A stretch of DNA of 63,940 nt from an uncultured Candidatus Saccharibacteria bacterium (GCA_964548265.1 CAZJPR010000001.1:37770-101709), one strand, 5' to 3'. Numbered from the stretch's first letter, positions 8,729 to 16,997 are shown. Notes: generated from the letters alone by a model not told the origin. Made by a program: numbers and translations.

Positions 8729-9916
8729 TTACGTATCGTCGCGCTTCTGGGGACCAAAATATTTAGAGAAATCCACCTCTACTTGGCCCATGCCGGACTC
8801 CTCTTTCTTATTTTTTGTCTCTTTGCCGCAAGGAAGCGTGACAGTGACGCTGGTGCCATGGTTGGGAGCACTCTTGATAGTGATGCTGCCATGGTGCATC
8901 TTCACCAGTTCCGAGACGATGGCGAGTCCAAGCCCTGAGCCGCCACTTTCGCGTGTGCGTGAGGAGTCAGCTCTATAGAATGGTTCAAAGATGCGTACCA
9001 GGTCCTTCTCCTCCATGCCGATGCCTGAGTCTTCAACCACGAGGTTTAGGTGGCCCCGGTAGTCGGGCGTGACCGCGATACATACGTTGCCTCCACTTGG
9101 CGTGTAGTTGCTTGCGTTCTTTACAATATTCATAACAATCTGTTCAAGTGCAGTGGCGTTTCCCCAAACGGTGCAGTACTCACTTTTTTCGATTGTAAGA
9201 TTGATGCCCTTCCGTTTGATGAGTTCCTCAAGGTGTGAGGCGACACGGTCAACAACGTCTCCCATGTCGACGTTGGCGAACGGCACCTTTTCGGGACGTA
9301 CGAGAACGTTCAGGGACAGAAGGTTGTTGATGATATCCGAGATACGGTCGAGCTCTTCGACCGTGCTCACCAAGGTGTCACGAGTATCCTTCGGGAGCGT
9401 CTCGTCGAAGAGTGTCACCTCCGTGTTGGTTTTAATGATGGAAAGAGGAGTGCGTAGTTCGTGCGCAACGTTGCCGATGAACTGTTTCTGGCTCTCAAGT
9501 GCGTTTCGGGTAGGCGCAAGTGTGAGGCGGGTGAGCAGGTACCCGAAGATGGCAGTGGTAAGCGCAATGCCCGCTGCAACGAAGAGAAGGTTGCGGTCCT
9601 TGAGGTATTCAAGATTGTCGACGATGAACGCGCTCGTCGTGGTGGCACCGCTTGCGATGCTCGTCATAATGCCGAGCAATAAGTTTGTTGAGACGTCGTC
9701 GTAGAGTATAGAGAACCCGACCGCTACCAAAGCGAGAATGAGCAGCGTGAACGCAATCTGCAGGACGATAACGTTCAGTTCCGTCCTGAAGAAAAGGTCG
9801 TGCTTGTACTTACGCGCGAAGGCGGTAACCAATCCCCCTAACCGTCTCAATGAGAGAGGGCTCATCCGGCGCGTCGAGTTTTCTGCGGAGGTTTTTGACA
9901 TGGACGTCGATGACAT
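8729..9916 (-). CDS. Sensor histidine kinase (HisKA + HATPase_c), two TM helices
   Basis: H-box FIGNVAHELRTPLSII, N-box VMNIVKNASNYT, G-boxes DSGIGM and GGSGLGLAIV. The start is uncertain, because the listed ATG overlaps the response regulator gene by 107 nt. Confidence 0.88.
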   Translation of the reverse strand: MSSTSMSKTSAENSTRRMSPLSLRRLGGLVTAFARKYKHDLFFRTELNVIVLQIAFTLLILALVAVGFSILYDDVSTNLLLGIMTSIASGATTTSAFIVDNLEYLKDRNLLFVAAGIALTTAIFGYLLTRLTLAPTRNALESQKQFIGNVAHELRTPLSIIKTNTEVTLFDETLPKDTRDTLVSTVEELDRISDIINNLLSLNVLVRPEKVPFANVDMGDVVDRVASHLEELIKRKGINLTIEKSEYCTVWGNATALEQIVMNIVKNASNYTPSGGNVCIAVTPDYRGHLNLVVEDSGIGMEEKDLVRIFEPFYRADSSRTRESGGSGLGLAIVSELVKMHHGSITIKSAPNHGTSVTVTLPCGKETKNKKEESGMGQVEVDFSKYFGPQKRDDT

Positions 9917-10484
9917 TGCTGAACGATTCGTAATTGAAGTCCCAGAGATGCGAGAGCAGGTCCTCGCGGTTCACCACTTCATTGGGGTGCCGGAGGAAGT
10001 ATTCTAGCAGTGTGAACTCCTTAAGGGTAAGAGGCACTTCCTCGCCATTGCGGCGCACGATGTGCTCGGAAGGGTCAAGCTCAATATCGGCTACCTTAAG
10101 TACGTCAGGGACGGTAGACACCGGACGTCTCAGGAGCGCGTGCACTCGAGCAAGCAGTTCCTCAAATGAGAAGGGCTTCACGAGGTAATCGTCGGCTCCA
10201 GAGAGAAGGAGACGCACCTTGTTCTCCACCTCATTGCGGGCGGTGAGCACGAGAATAGGCACCGTGACCCCGCGGGCCCTTGCTTCCTCGCAGACTTCAT
10301 AGCCTGACTTTGAGGGAAGCATGAGGTCGAGAATCACGAGGTCGTAGTCGGCCCGGTGGACCGAGAGGCGAGTAAGTGCCTTCTCGCCGTCATCCACCAT
10401 ATCAACTGCGTATCCGCGCTTCTCAAGGCCCTTCTTGATACCCTCTGCGAGCTTCTGCTCGTCCTCTACGATAAGTATTCTCAT
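9810..10484 (-). CDS. OmpR/PhoB-family response regulator
   Basis: Receiver domain (MRILIVEDE ... DLVILDLMLP ... LTAR ... DDYLVKPF) plus a winged-helix output domain (LTLKEFTLLEYFL...TVRGIGYRL). Confidence 0.93.
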   Translation of the reverse strand: MRILIVEDEQKLAEGIKKGLEKRGYAVDMVDDGEKALTRLSVHRADYDLVILDLMLPSKSGYEVCEEARARGVTVPILVLTARNEVENKVRLLLSGADDYLVKPFSFEELLARVHALLRRPVSTVPDVLKVADIELDPSEHIVRRNGEEVPLTLKEFTLLEYFLRHPNEVVNREDLLSHLWDFNYESFSNVIDVHVKNLRRKLDAPDEPSLIETVRGIGYRLRA

Positions 10485-10521
10485 GGAACGTTCGATTAGC
10501 TTCTAACCTGAACCTCCAAAG

Positions 10522-10552
10522 TTCATCATATCTATCATGAACGATTCATGAA
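10522..10552 (-). promoter_or_regulatory. Candidate response-regulator operator: heptamer repeats at 11-bp spacing
   Basis: Plus strand reads TTCATCA-tatcta-TCATGAA-cgat-TCATGAA. The two direct TCATGAA copies are 11 bp apart. The site lies 38-68 nt upstream of the RR start codon. Confidence 0.3.
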
Positions 10553-10578
10553 AGCCCTTCATAAAGCCCTGGGATGAG

Positions 10579-10603
10579 CAGGGCCGCCTAGAAGGCGGCC
10601 CTG
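10579..10603 (-). terminator. Hairpin downstream of the 10630..11298 gene
   Basis: cagggccgcc-tagaa-ggcggccctg 10-bp stem. The downstream U-tract is weak. Confidence 0.5.
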
Positions 10604-10629
10604 AGAGAAGGTAGTAGCTGAGGGGGGTG

Positions 10630-11298
10630 TCATTTCTTCTTTTTCCACTCGGTAATCTTCCCAGCTTCACGCTCGACATGGCTTGCCGCACGGAGGTAGC
10701 GTTTGTTTTTCTTAGGAACGATAGGGAAGTGCCGAATCCGGTCAAGGCGCTTGGAAATGTGCCAGAGGTCGCTCTCTTCCGTCACCCAGGTGTCCCCAAG
10801 CGAGGAAAGGTCGAAGGGAGTCGAGTAACTCTCGAGGGTTTTCTGACCATTACTGTTGAGGAAGTATTCGTGGAAGTAGGAGAGTGCGAGTTCTCGCACG
10901 CTCTCATAGATTGGGTCCCGATAGCGCAGCACTGCGTGATTGGTCTTACTTATCGCCCCCCAGTAGCCGTTCTTTTTGAAGAGCGCAACTACATGCTCCT
11001 GATCTTTCTTATGGGTCTTGAGATCAAGCAGTAGGGGCTTCTCGCCCTGGAACCAGAGCGCACAAGCTGCAAGCATTGCGCCCTCAAGGCAGTGCGCGCG
11101 TCGGGCCTTGAGCACTCTTCGAGGGGACATAAGTGTCTCTCCTTGCCTCTCAAAGTTGAAGGGAATGGACTCAAGATACTTTTGAATCTTCTGCGGTGTC
11201 GAGAGACGTCGCAGGGAAGCAAGCTCTTTCGGAGATAGGCCGAGCATATTCTCATAGTATAACGGCATCCGGTAAGGAAGATGGAAGTTGAACGTCAT
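10630..11298 (-). CDS. Hypothetical protein with a possible papain/transglutaminase-like Cys-His signature
   Basis: 222 aa. RRAHCLEGAMLAACAL ... QEHVVALF ... suggests a Cys/His catalytic pair, but the assignment is tentative. An alternative start lies at 11268. Confidence 0.5.
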   Translation of the reverse strand: MTFNFHLPYRMPLYYENMLGLSPKELASLRRLSTPQKIQKYLESIPFNFERQGETLMSPRRVLKARRAHCLEGAMLAACALWFQGEKPLLLDLKTHKKDQEHVVALFKKNGYWGAISKTNHAVLRYRDPIYESVRELALSYFHEYFLNSNGQKTLESYSTPFDLSSLGDTWVTEESDLWHISKRLDRIRHFPIVPKKNKRYLRAASHVEREAGKITEWKKKK

Positions 11299-11316
11299 CT
11301 CTCTTATACTGTGACT

Positions 11317-12495
11317 ATGAAGAGAGCCCTTTCAACGTTCCTCCTTACTGCGTTCATTGTGAGCGCGTTTCCAGCTCCTGCTCGTGCTGCGGACCTTGAG
11401 GTATCCGGATGGGTTCCGTACTGGAAGGTTTCCGAGGGAACAAAGGACGCGCGCAAGCACCTGGATGTGCTTACTGAGCTCAATCCTTTCGGGTATGCGG
11501 TAAAGAAGGATGGGAAATTGAATGATCTTTCAGGGCTCACAAAGAGTGCGTGGAAGAAACTTATCAAGGAAGCGAGGGAGGAAAATGTTGAAGTCATCCC
11601 AACGGTCATGTGGAGTGACACGACAAACATCTACCGCATCCTCTCTGATGAGAAACTGCGCGAGAAGCATGTGAAGGCCGTTGCCGACATGGTGAAAAAA
11701 GGGAAGTACGATGGCGTTGATATCGACTACGAAGGCAAGAATGCTGCAACGCGCCCGTACTACTCACTCTTCCTTAAAGAGCTCAAGAGTGCACTGAGGG
11801 GAAAGATACTTGCCTGCACAACTGAAGCGAGAACACCGCCTGAGTCCCTCTATCGCACAGTGCCCGCAAATCTTGAGTACGCCAACGACTACCAAGAGCT
11901 TGACCGCTACTGCGACCGCGTGCGCCTCATGACCTACGATCAGCAGCGCGCTGACCTCAAGTTGAACGATGCGCGCTCAGGCCAACCCTACATGCCGATT
12001 GCTGATCCTGATTGGGTGAAGAAGGTGATTGAGCTTGCGCTCAAGTCTTTTGACAAGGACAAGATAATGCTTGGTGTTGCCACCTATGGTTTCGAGTACA
12101 CCCTCACCGTCTCGCCCAACTGGTACCAGAGCTACGTGAAGAAGTGGTCAGTGACCGAGGAGTACGCCGAGGACCTTGCGGATGACCTTCGTATCGACCC
12201 TGTGCGTAACGCCGCCGGTGAACTCTCGTTCTCCTATATCTCAACCACCACGCCGAGCGTGATTCCCGCAAGCATCAAAGCGCCTCGAGGAACGCTGGAA
12301 GGCAATGAGGCGGCAGCACGTGCGCTTGCGTATGCCAATGCAACGGGAATGACCACCACAGTCAATCTTCTCTGGTGGAGTGATGCTGACGCAATTGCGG
12401 ATAAAGTGAAGCTTGCGGAAGACTACGGTCTACGCGGTATTTCCATCTTTAAGGTAGACGGTACTGAGGACCAGGATCTCTGGGACCTGTTCTAG
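11317..12495 (+). CDS. Secreted glycoside hydrolase family 18 protein
   Basis: Signal peptide MKRALSTFLLTAFIVSAFPAPARA and the canonical GH18 catalytic motif YDGVDIDYEG (DxxDxDxE). Confidence 0.85.
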   Translation: MKRALSTFLLTAFIVSAFPAPARAADLEVSGWVPYWKVSEGTKDARKHLDVLTELNPFGYAVKKDGKLNDLSGLTKSAWKKLIKEAREENVEVIPTVMWSDTTNIYRILSDEKLREKHVKAVADMVKKGKYDGVDIDYEGKNAATRPYYSLFLKELKSALRGKILACTTEARTPPESLYRTVPANLEYANDYQELDRYCDRVRLMTYDQQRADLKLNDARSGQPYMPIADPDWVKKVIELALKSFDKDKIMLGVATYGFEYTLTVSPNWYQSYVKKWSVTEEYAEDLADDLRIDPVRNAAGELSFSYISTTTPSVIPASIKAPRGTLEGNEAAARALAYANATGMTTTVNLLWWSDADAIADKVKLAEDYGLRGISIFKVDGTEDQDLWDLF

Positions 12496-12514
12496 ACCCG
12501 GGTATACTACGGGG

Positions 12515-13999
12515 ATGGCGGAAGAGGATAGGCCACCAGTAAAGACTGAGGGCATTGGAGGACAGCCCACACAAAACCGAGTGGAGTATCTGCGCGCCCT
12601 TCTGGAAGGGGGGAAGTGGAGCGCGGAGGAACTTATCGAACAATACCGAATCTCTCCTGAAGAAATGACGGCGTTGTTCGGCCCAAAGGAAGTGCCTCTC
12701 GTGAGTGAGTCTCCCGAGGGCGTGCAGGAGGAGGCACCTCCACCAGCGCCACACCTCTCTCTAGACTATCAGCCCTACACAAAAGAGCGTGGAGACTCGT
12801 ATACGTACTACTGTACGTATCTTCTTGGTGAGACACGGGGGATGGTGCAGATTCTCGATCCAAATCTCTACAGTGCTCTACGGCGCAGCAGAGAGTGGGA
12901 GAAAATACCACTGCGGGAACTCTATGGAAGTGATCCCGTCGATTTCGCACGAGTGCACTATCCGGATCTATCAGCAGGTCAAATTGCACAAGTGAATCCT
13001 GCGCTCTACCAGTACCTGTATCGGCGTGATCTCCATCTCGTTCTTGAGCGGCACCGGGCAGGGGAACCACAACTGAGACAAGGGCAAGAGGGAGTGCGCA
13101 AACCCTACTGGGCGCGCGAAGCAAAAGCGTGGGCCATTATCGTGAAAGGAATAGAACAGAAGGCACCGCTCTCGGAGATGATTGCGGCGCTCAATCGTGA
13201 AGGGTTTTCATCGCTTCGAGACAAGTCCCTCACCAAAGACATTATGTTTGAGGAGTTTAATCGAGTTGGTCTCAAGCTTTCTAAGCGCGAGGAAGCGCTT
13301 GTGATTGCACAACAACGACTTCATGAATATGGCGACCTCACAGAGTACGAATCTCATCTTGCGCAGCGTGCGCTCGCAGGGACCTTTGAGGAGGGTGTGC
13401 GATGGCATTTGCATCCTGTGCCGTGGGCGCTGCTACGGCGAGCATTTGAAGCTCGTCAGCACATTGAAAAACGAGGAGTAGTCCCTGACGTATTTCTTAC
13501 TGAAATTGCGACCGCTCTTTCGAAGCACGGTTTTGTACCGGTTGAAGGGACACTCCTTTCTGGGCAGATTCTCGAAAGAGCTCTGCAGAAGCGTTTTGGT
13601 CCTTTGAGTAAGCCAGAAACCCACGCGGCCATCATCACTCACGCTGCCGAAGAGGCGAAGTGGCTTACGATTGATGATAGGGCAATGCTTGACTCACTCT
13701 TTGCAGAGCTGTACCCACAAGAGAATGTGTCCGATGCCCCCCTACCTCCACCCACTCCCACACCGGAGCCCATTAAAGAAAAACCTCCTCGCGCTCCTCT
13801 GACTGAGCAGTATCTTCTTTCGTTTGCTGTCAATCCGGAGAAGCTCTTTGTGTTCTACGAGGACGGCAGGAGAACTGCAGACCGACTCACTCCCGATGCG
13901 TACATTGATACCTATCTTCGAGGTGCGTTTGAATGGCAGCAAAAAAAGCAGCATCCACCCTACGATTACCCTGCTGTCTTCCCAAAGAAAGGGAAGTAA
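12515..13999 (+). CDS. ORFan, 494 aa, with an internal duplicated helical module
   Basis: Long clean ORF with no recognisable family. Carries an N-terminal PVKTEGIGGQP motif and a Pro-rich segment (PLPPPTPTPEP). Its 3' end overlaps truB by 34 nt, convergently. Confidence 0.6.
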   Translation: MAEEDRPPVKTEGIGGQPTQNRVEYLRALLEGGKWSAEELIEQYRISPEEMTALFGPKEVPLVSESPEGVQEEAPPPAPHLSLDYQPYTKERGDSYTYYCTYLLGETRGMVQILDPNLYSALRRSREWEKIPLRELYGSDPVDFARVHYPDLSAGQIAQVNPALYQYLYRRDLHLVLERHRAGEPQLRQGQEGVRKPYWAREAKAWAIIVKGIEQKAPLSEMIAALNREGFSSLRDKSLTKDIMFEEFNRVGLKLSKREEALVIAQQRLHEYGDLTEYESHLAQRALAGTFEEGVRWHLHPVPWALLRRAFEARQHIEKRGVVPDVFLTEIATALSKHGFVPVEGTLLSGQILERALQKRFGPLSKPETHAAIITHAAEEAKWLTIDDRAMLDSLFAELYPQENVSDAPLPPPTPTPEPIKEKPPRAPLTEQYLLSFAVNPEKLFVFYEDGRRTADRLTPDAYIDTYLRGAFEWQQKKQHPPYDYPAVFPKKGK

Positions 14000-14742
14000 C
14001 CCTCTGCACCGTATCGTGTTCTGTGTAGCGAGTATGCGAGACCGCGTGTACCACATTTCTCGGCGATATCCTCAGCAAGCGTGCGCATATAGACTCCTGC
14101 GCTTGTCTGCACTTTTATCTTTACAAGAGGGAAGCGCCCCTCATGAAGAGTCTCCCACGAAGCAAGCACGTCTTTCTTCCTGAAATCTCTTCCCAGTGCT
14201 TTAGAATCCTCGGTCACGGGCGTAAGTTTTGAAATCTTTGCCTTCACGTACCGCTGTAGACGCGCACTTTCAATCTTCCGCATGTCTAGGTACTTTATGG
14301 AATAAATGGTGCCATCCTGAAGCGGTCGTTCAATATCTTCGTTCTCAAGAGCCCACTGGAACAATGGCTTGCCGTTGACCGTTTTTGACGAGAAGGCTGG
14401 ATAGGGGGAACGGTAGGGTCCCACAAACGTCGACAGAACTTCCTTCATCTGTTGGGAAGCGGGGAAGACTGAGGCACCCTCCTCGATACAGCCCAGGATG
14501 TCTCCAGTATCTGAACCGACTCCAAGCAATACCTCAACCACATACTCCTTATCAAGTGCGTGGTACTTCTTCTGCTCTTTACACTCTTCGCCGACAAGGA
14601 TAAGAATCCTCCCTGAGGCCATGGGATCAAGGCGTCCCGCGTATGCCAGAGGAACGTCATTGGAAATGTGGCGCCTGCGCCGCGCGTGCTCAAGTGCTTC
14701 GAGCGGCGTTTGGCCAACCTTCTTGTTAAGGAAGAAACTCAC
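13966..14742 (-). CDS. truB: tRNA pseudouridine synthase, TruB family
   Basis: LAYAGRLDPMASGRILILVGEECK contains the catalytic Asp motif of the TruB family (GxLDPxAxG). Size and C-terminal region are consistent with TruB. Confidence 0.8.
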   Translation of the reverse strand: MSFFLNKKVGQTPLEALEHARRRRHISNDVPLAYAGRLDPMASGRILILVGEECKEQKKYHALDKEYVVEVLLGVGSDTGDILGCIEEGASVFPASQQMKEVLSTFVGPYRSPYPAFSSKTVNGKPLFQWALENEDIERPLQDGTIYSIKYLDMRKIESARLQRYVKAKISKLTPVTEDSKALGRDFRKKDVLASWETLHEGRFPLVKIKVQTSAGVYMRTLAEDIAEKCGTRGLAYSLHRTRYGAEGYFPFFGKTAG

Positions 14743-15473
14743 TTCAGCTCGTATGCGGGGGCGAGTTCTTTGAGTGCGCTGTATACAAACTGACGTACCA
14801 GTCGCACAATAGCGACCTTCTTTGCATCAGGAAGAGAGTCGTACACACCTGTCGCGCTGACAGCCTCTCGTACTTGGCGACTTATGTCGTCCTCGCCCGG
14901 TGGCGCTTCCTGCGGCTCTCGAGTACCGGTAAGCATGCCCAGTATGTTATCTGCCCCTTCACTCCACTTTAGAAGCACAGCGCGACCTTCTTCGCTTACT
15001 GGCTGCGCCACTGCATTTAGAAACGCAATGGCGTTCAAGGGAGCGTTAAATGCAGTGCTTGCGCGAAGTGCGTTTAATTCCAAATACTCCCACGCCTGAG
15101 GGTCACTCCTGTACAAAGTATCCCTCCATTCTCGCCGCCCCATTGTTTCCTCGGCAAAGTCTCCAGTGGTGTGTGTCTCGAAGGTATCGAGGATCATTGG
15201 TCGGCCAAGAACATCAGTAATAGTGCCAAGTTGCGAGACTACAAGCCGCTGTATAGTCTCGCTATCAACTGTCTCTGCTATGCGAGCCGCAAAGACTTCG
15301 GCTTCTTTAATGCGCCCTCGTTCCTCTCTAGTCGGGAGAATGATCTCCTCTATGACCTTTCCACGCACGCCGCCTGCACGCGCTATCTCCATCCCAAGCA
15401 GCCTTTGTGCTGCGTCAGGAAGTTCTTCCGGAGAAGATTCTGTGGGTGCTTCAACTTCAAATCGTAAGCTCAT
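14739..15473 (-). CDS. ORFan, 244 aa, coupled to truB
   Basis: The stop overlaps the truB ATG by 4 nt. No motif recognised. Confidence 0.6.
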   Translation of the reverse strand: MSLRFEVEAPTESSPEELPDAAQRLLGMEIARAGGVRGKVIEEIILPTREERGRIKEAEVFAARIAETVDSETIQRLVVSQLGTITDVLGRPMILDTFETHTTGDFAEETMGRREWRDTLYRSDPQAWEYLELNALRASTAFNAPLNAIAFLNAVAQPVSEEGRAVLLKWSEGADNILGMLTGTREPQEAPPGEDDISRQVREAVSATGVYDSLPDAKKVAIVRLVRQFVYSALKELAPAYELK

Positions 15474-15489
15474 GATGCGGTAAGTATAC

Positions 15490-15756
15490 TTAGGTCCTCA
15501 TCACTTCAGCAAGGAGGTCGGCAAATCCAGGTACGCGCTCTCTGAGGAATGCTAATAGTCCGACAAAGTCTTCGCGCTCAAGATACTCACCTGCGGCCGC
15601 AAGATCTTCTGAAGAGAGCGCCTCCTCGGCACGTATGAGTATGCGTTGAAACACGGATGGACCGACGCGCTCAGCAAACGCTCGTGCACCTTCAGGCGTA
15701 AGGTCTGGCACCCCAAGCATCTCGGCAAACGCGATTAATTTCTGGTCATCGTTCAT
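15490..15756 (-). CDS. Small helical ORFan (88 aa), resembles the DUF5663-type small proteins of Patescibacteria (from memory)
   Basis: LGVPDLTPEGARAFAERVG...ALSSEDLAAAGEYLEREDFVGLLAFLRERVPGFADLL. Its start overlaps the upstream gene's stop by 4 nt. Confidence 0.6.
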   Translation of the reverse strand: MNDDQKLIAFAEMLGVPDLTPEGARAFAERVGPSVFQRILIRAEEALSSEDLAAAGEYLEREDFVGLLAFLRERVPGFADLLAEVMRT

Positions 15757-16997
15757 GGTTCGGGTGGAGGTTCAGATTCGTTTGGTAGAGCGCCCCCTAT
15801 ACCTTCGGTAGGCGGGACTTCTTGAAGAAGACTCACCGTGTTGTCCTCACGAAGTTCTTCCTGCGCGCGAACCACAACGGGCTCTTGTTGAGGGGGTGGT
15901 TCCGCTGCTCGGTCCGCCTGCTGAGTGGGTGCCGACGCATTGGTATCAAGGCCAAACACATGGCGTGGACGAGGGCCCCATCTCCTTTCCTCCGCAACTC
16001 CACCAGTACGTTGAAGGTATGCTGCGAAGGACTCGCGCTCAGTACGTGGGGGAGCTTCATAGGTGCTAGCAACAAGCGCAACATCTCCCGCTACGGTTGC
16101 AAAGAGGGCAAGGGCGAGGGCAGTCGTGATGGGGTCATTCTTGCCTCGACCACCCTTAGGAGCCTTGCTCCAGAGACTTTTCGGAGCAAATTCACTTTCA
16201 ATGGCAGACAACATTATATGCTCGGCCGCTACCAACTGTGCTCTGAGTGCCGTTGCCGCGTCAGGACCTCGAGCGGCCCGCATCTTGTCGATGTACGTTT
16301 CCCTTGCTTTTCGATAGGCAGTTTCTGTCCTTAGAGTGTCGCCCTCAAGTGAGATTCGAACCTCGCGAGGGACACCCTTTGCCGAACGGGCAGCACGGCA
16401 TGCATCAAAATATTCTGATGCTCTCTCACTGAAAAAGAGCTGCGCTGCACGCAGTGCCATTTCTTCAGAAGTCTCCGCACTTTTCCCCGAATGGTCAGGA
16501 AGTTGAAAGGGACCAAACTCCATTGAAGCTGGTTGAGGTAAGGGAGCGCCCATTCTATAGCGGGGGTCCAAATTGCCGTGGTACTCAGTCCAAGCCCCAA
16601 GACGTCCGACGCTGGGAGCGATTTCAGGCGGTATCGTAGCAAGGGGTCGTCCAAACACTTCTCCTCCTTTCTCATGGTAGAGGTGTAGCGTCACATCGAT
16701 AGCTTTCAGGTATGCGTACGTGCCGAGATGCTGCAGGGCTGGAGTACCAAGCCTTTTTTCTAGAAGCACCAGATGTCGAATTGATTCGGTGATGCGTCTG
16801 TAGAGATCATTCCTTTCAGGAGTGGGGGATTCCTTTATTGGCTTACGAAGCGCCTTCTCCACGCTGTGGAGGTAGAAACTCACGTGGGCCAGGTCATGTT
16901 TCAGCCGAGCAAGGTTCACTCCGTACTCCTCTGTGGGTACTGGTCCCTCAACAGACTGAGGCACTCGGTCGCCTCGTTCTCCGGGCGCTCTTCGCAT
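15753..16997 (-). CDS. ORFan, 414 aa, single TM helix, Pro/Glu-rich C-terminal tail
   Basis: Clean ORF with a hydrophobic helix (ITTALALALFATVAGDVALVAS) and a C-terminal PPTEGIGGALPNESEPPPEP tail. First gene of the unit ending in truB. Confidence 0.6.
   Translation of the reverse strand: MRRAPGERGDRVPQSVEGPVPTEEYGVNLARLKHDLAHVSFYLHSVEKALRKPIKESPTPERNDLYRRITESIRHLVLLEKRLGTPALQHLGTYAYLKAIDVTLHLYHEKGGEVFGRPLATIPPEIAPSVGRLGAWTEYHGNLDPRYRMGAPLPQPASMEFGPFQLPDHSGKSAETSEEMALRAAQLFFSERASEYFDACRAARSAKGVPREVRISLEGDTLRTETAYRKARETYIDKMRAARGPDAATALRAQLVAAEHIMLSAIESEFAPKSLWSKAPKGGRGKNDPITTALALALFATVAGDVALVASTYEAPPRTERESFAAYLQRTGGVAEERRWGPRPRHVFGLDTNASAPTQQADRAAEPPPQQEPVVVRAQEELREDNTVSLLQEVPPTEGIGGALPNESEPPPEP

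Noticed and set aside
8729-9916. 107-nt overlap between the histidine kinase ORF and the response regulator gene.
   Set aside because: This is most likely an over-extended ORF call. In-frame alternative starts exist (ATG at 9865, and TTG/GTG codons nearer the RR stop). I do not treat it as a biological overlap.
16340-16385. GGTTCGAATC-like string (minus strand) resembling a tRNA T-loop.
   Set aside because: The flanking bases do not form a T-stem or an acceptor stem, and it lies inside the 414-aa ORF (coding REVRISLEGD).
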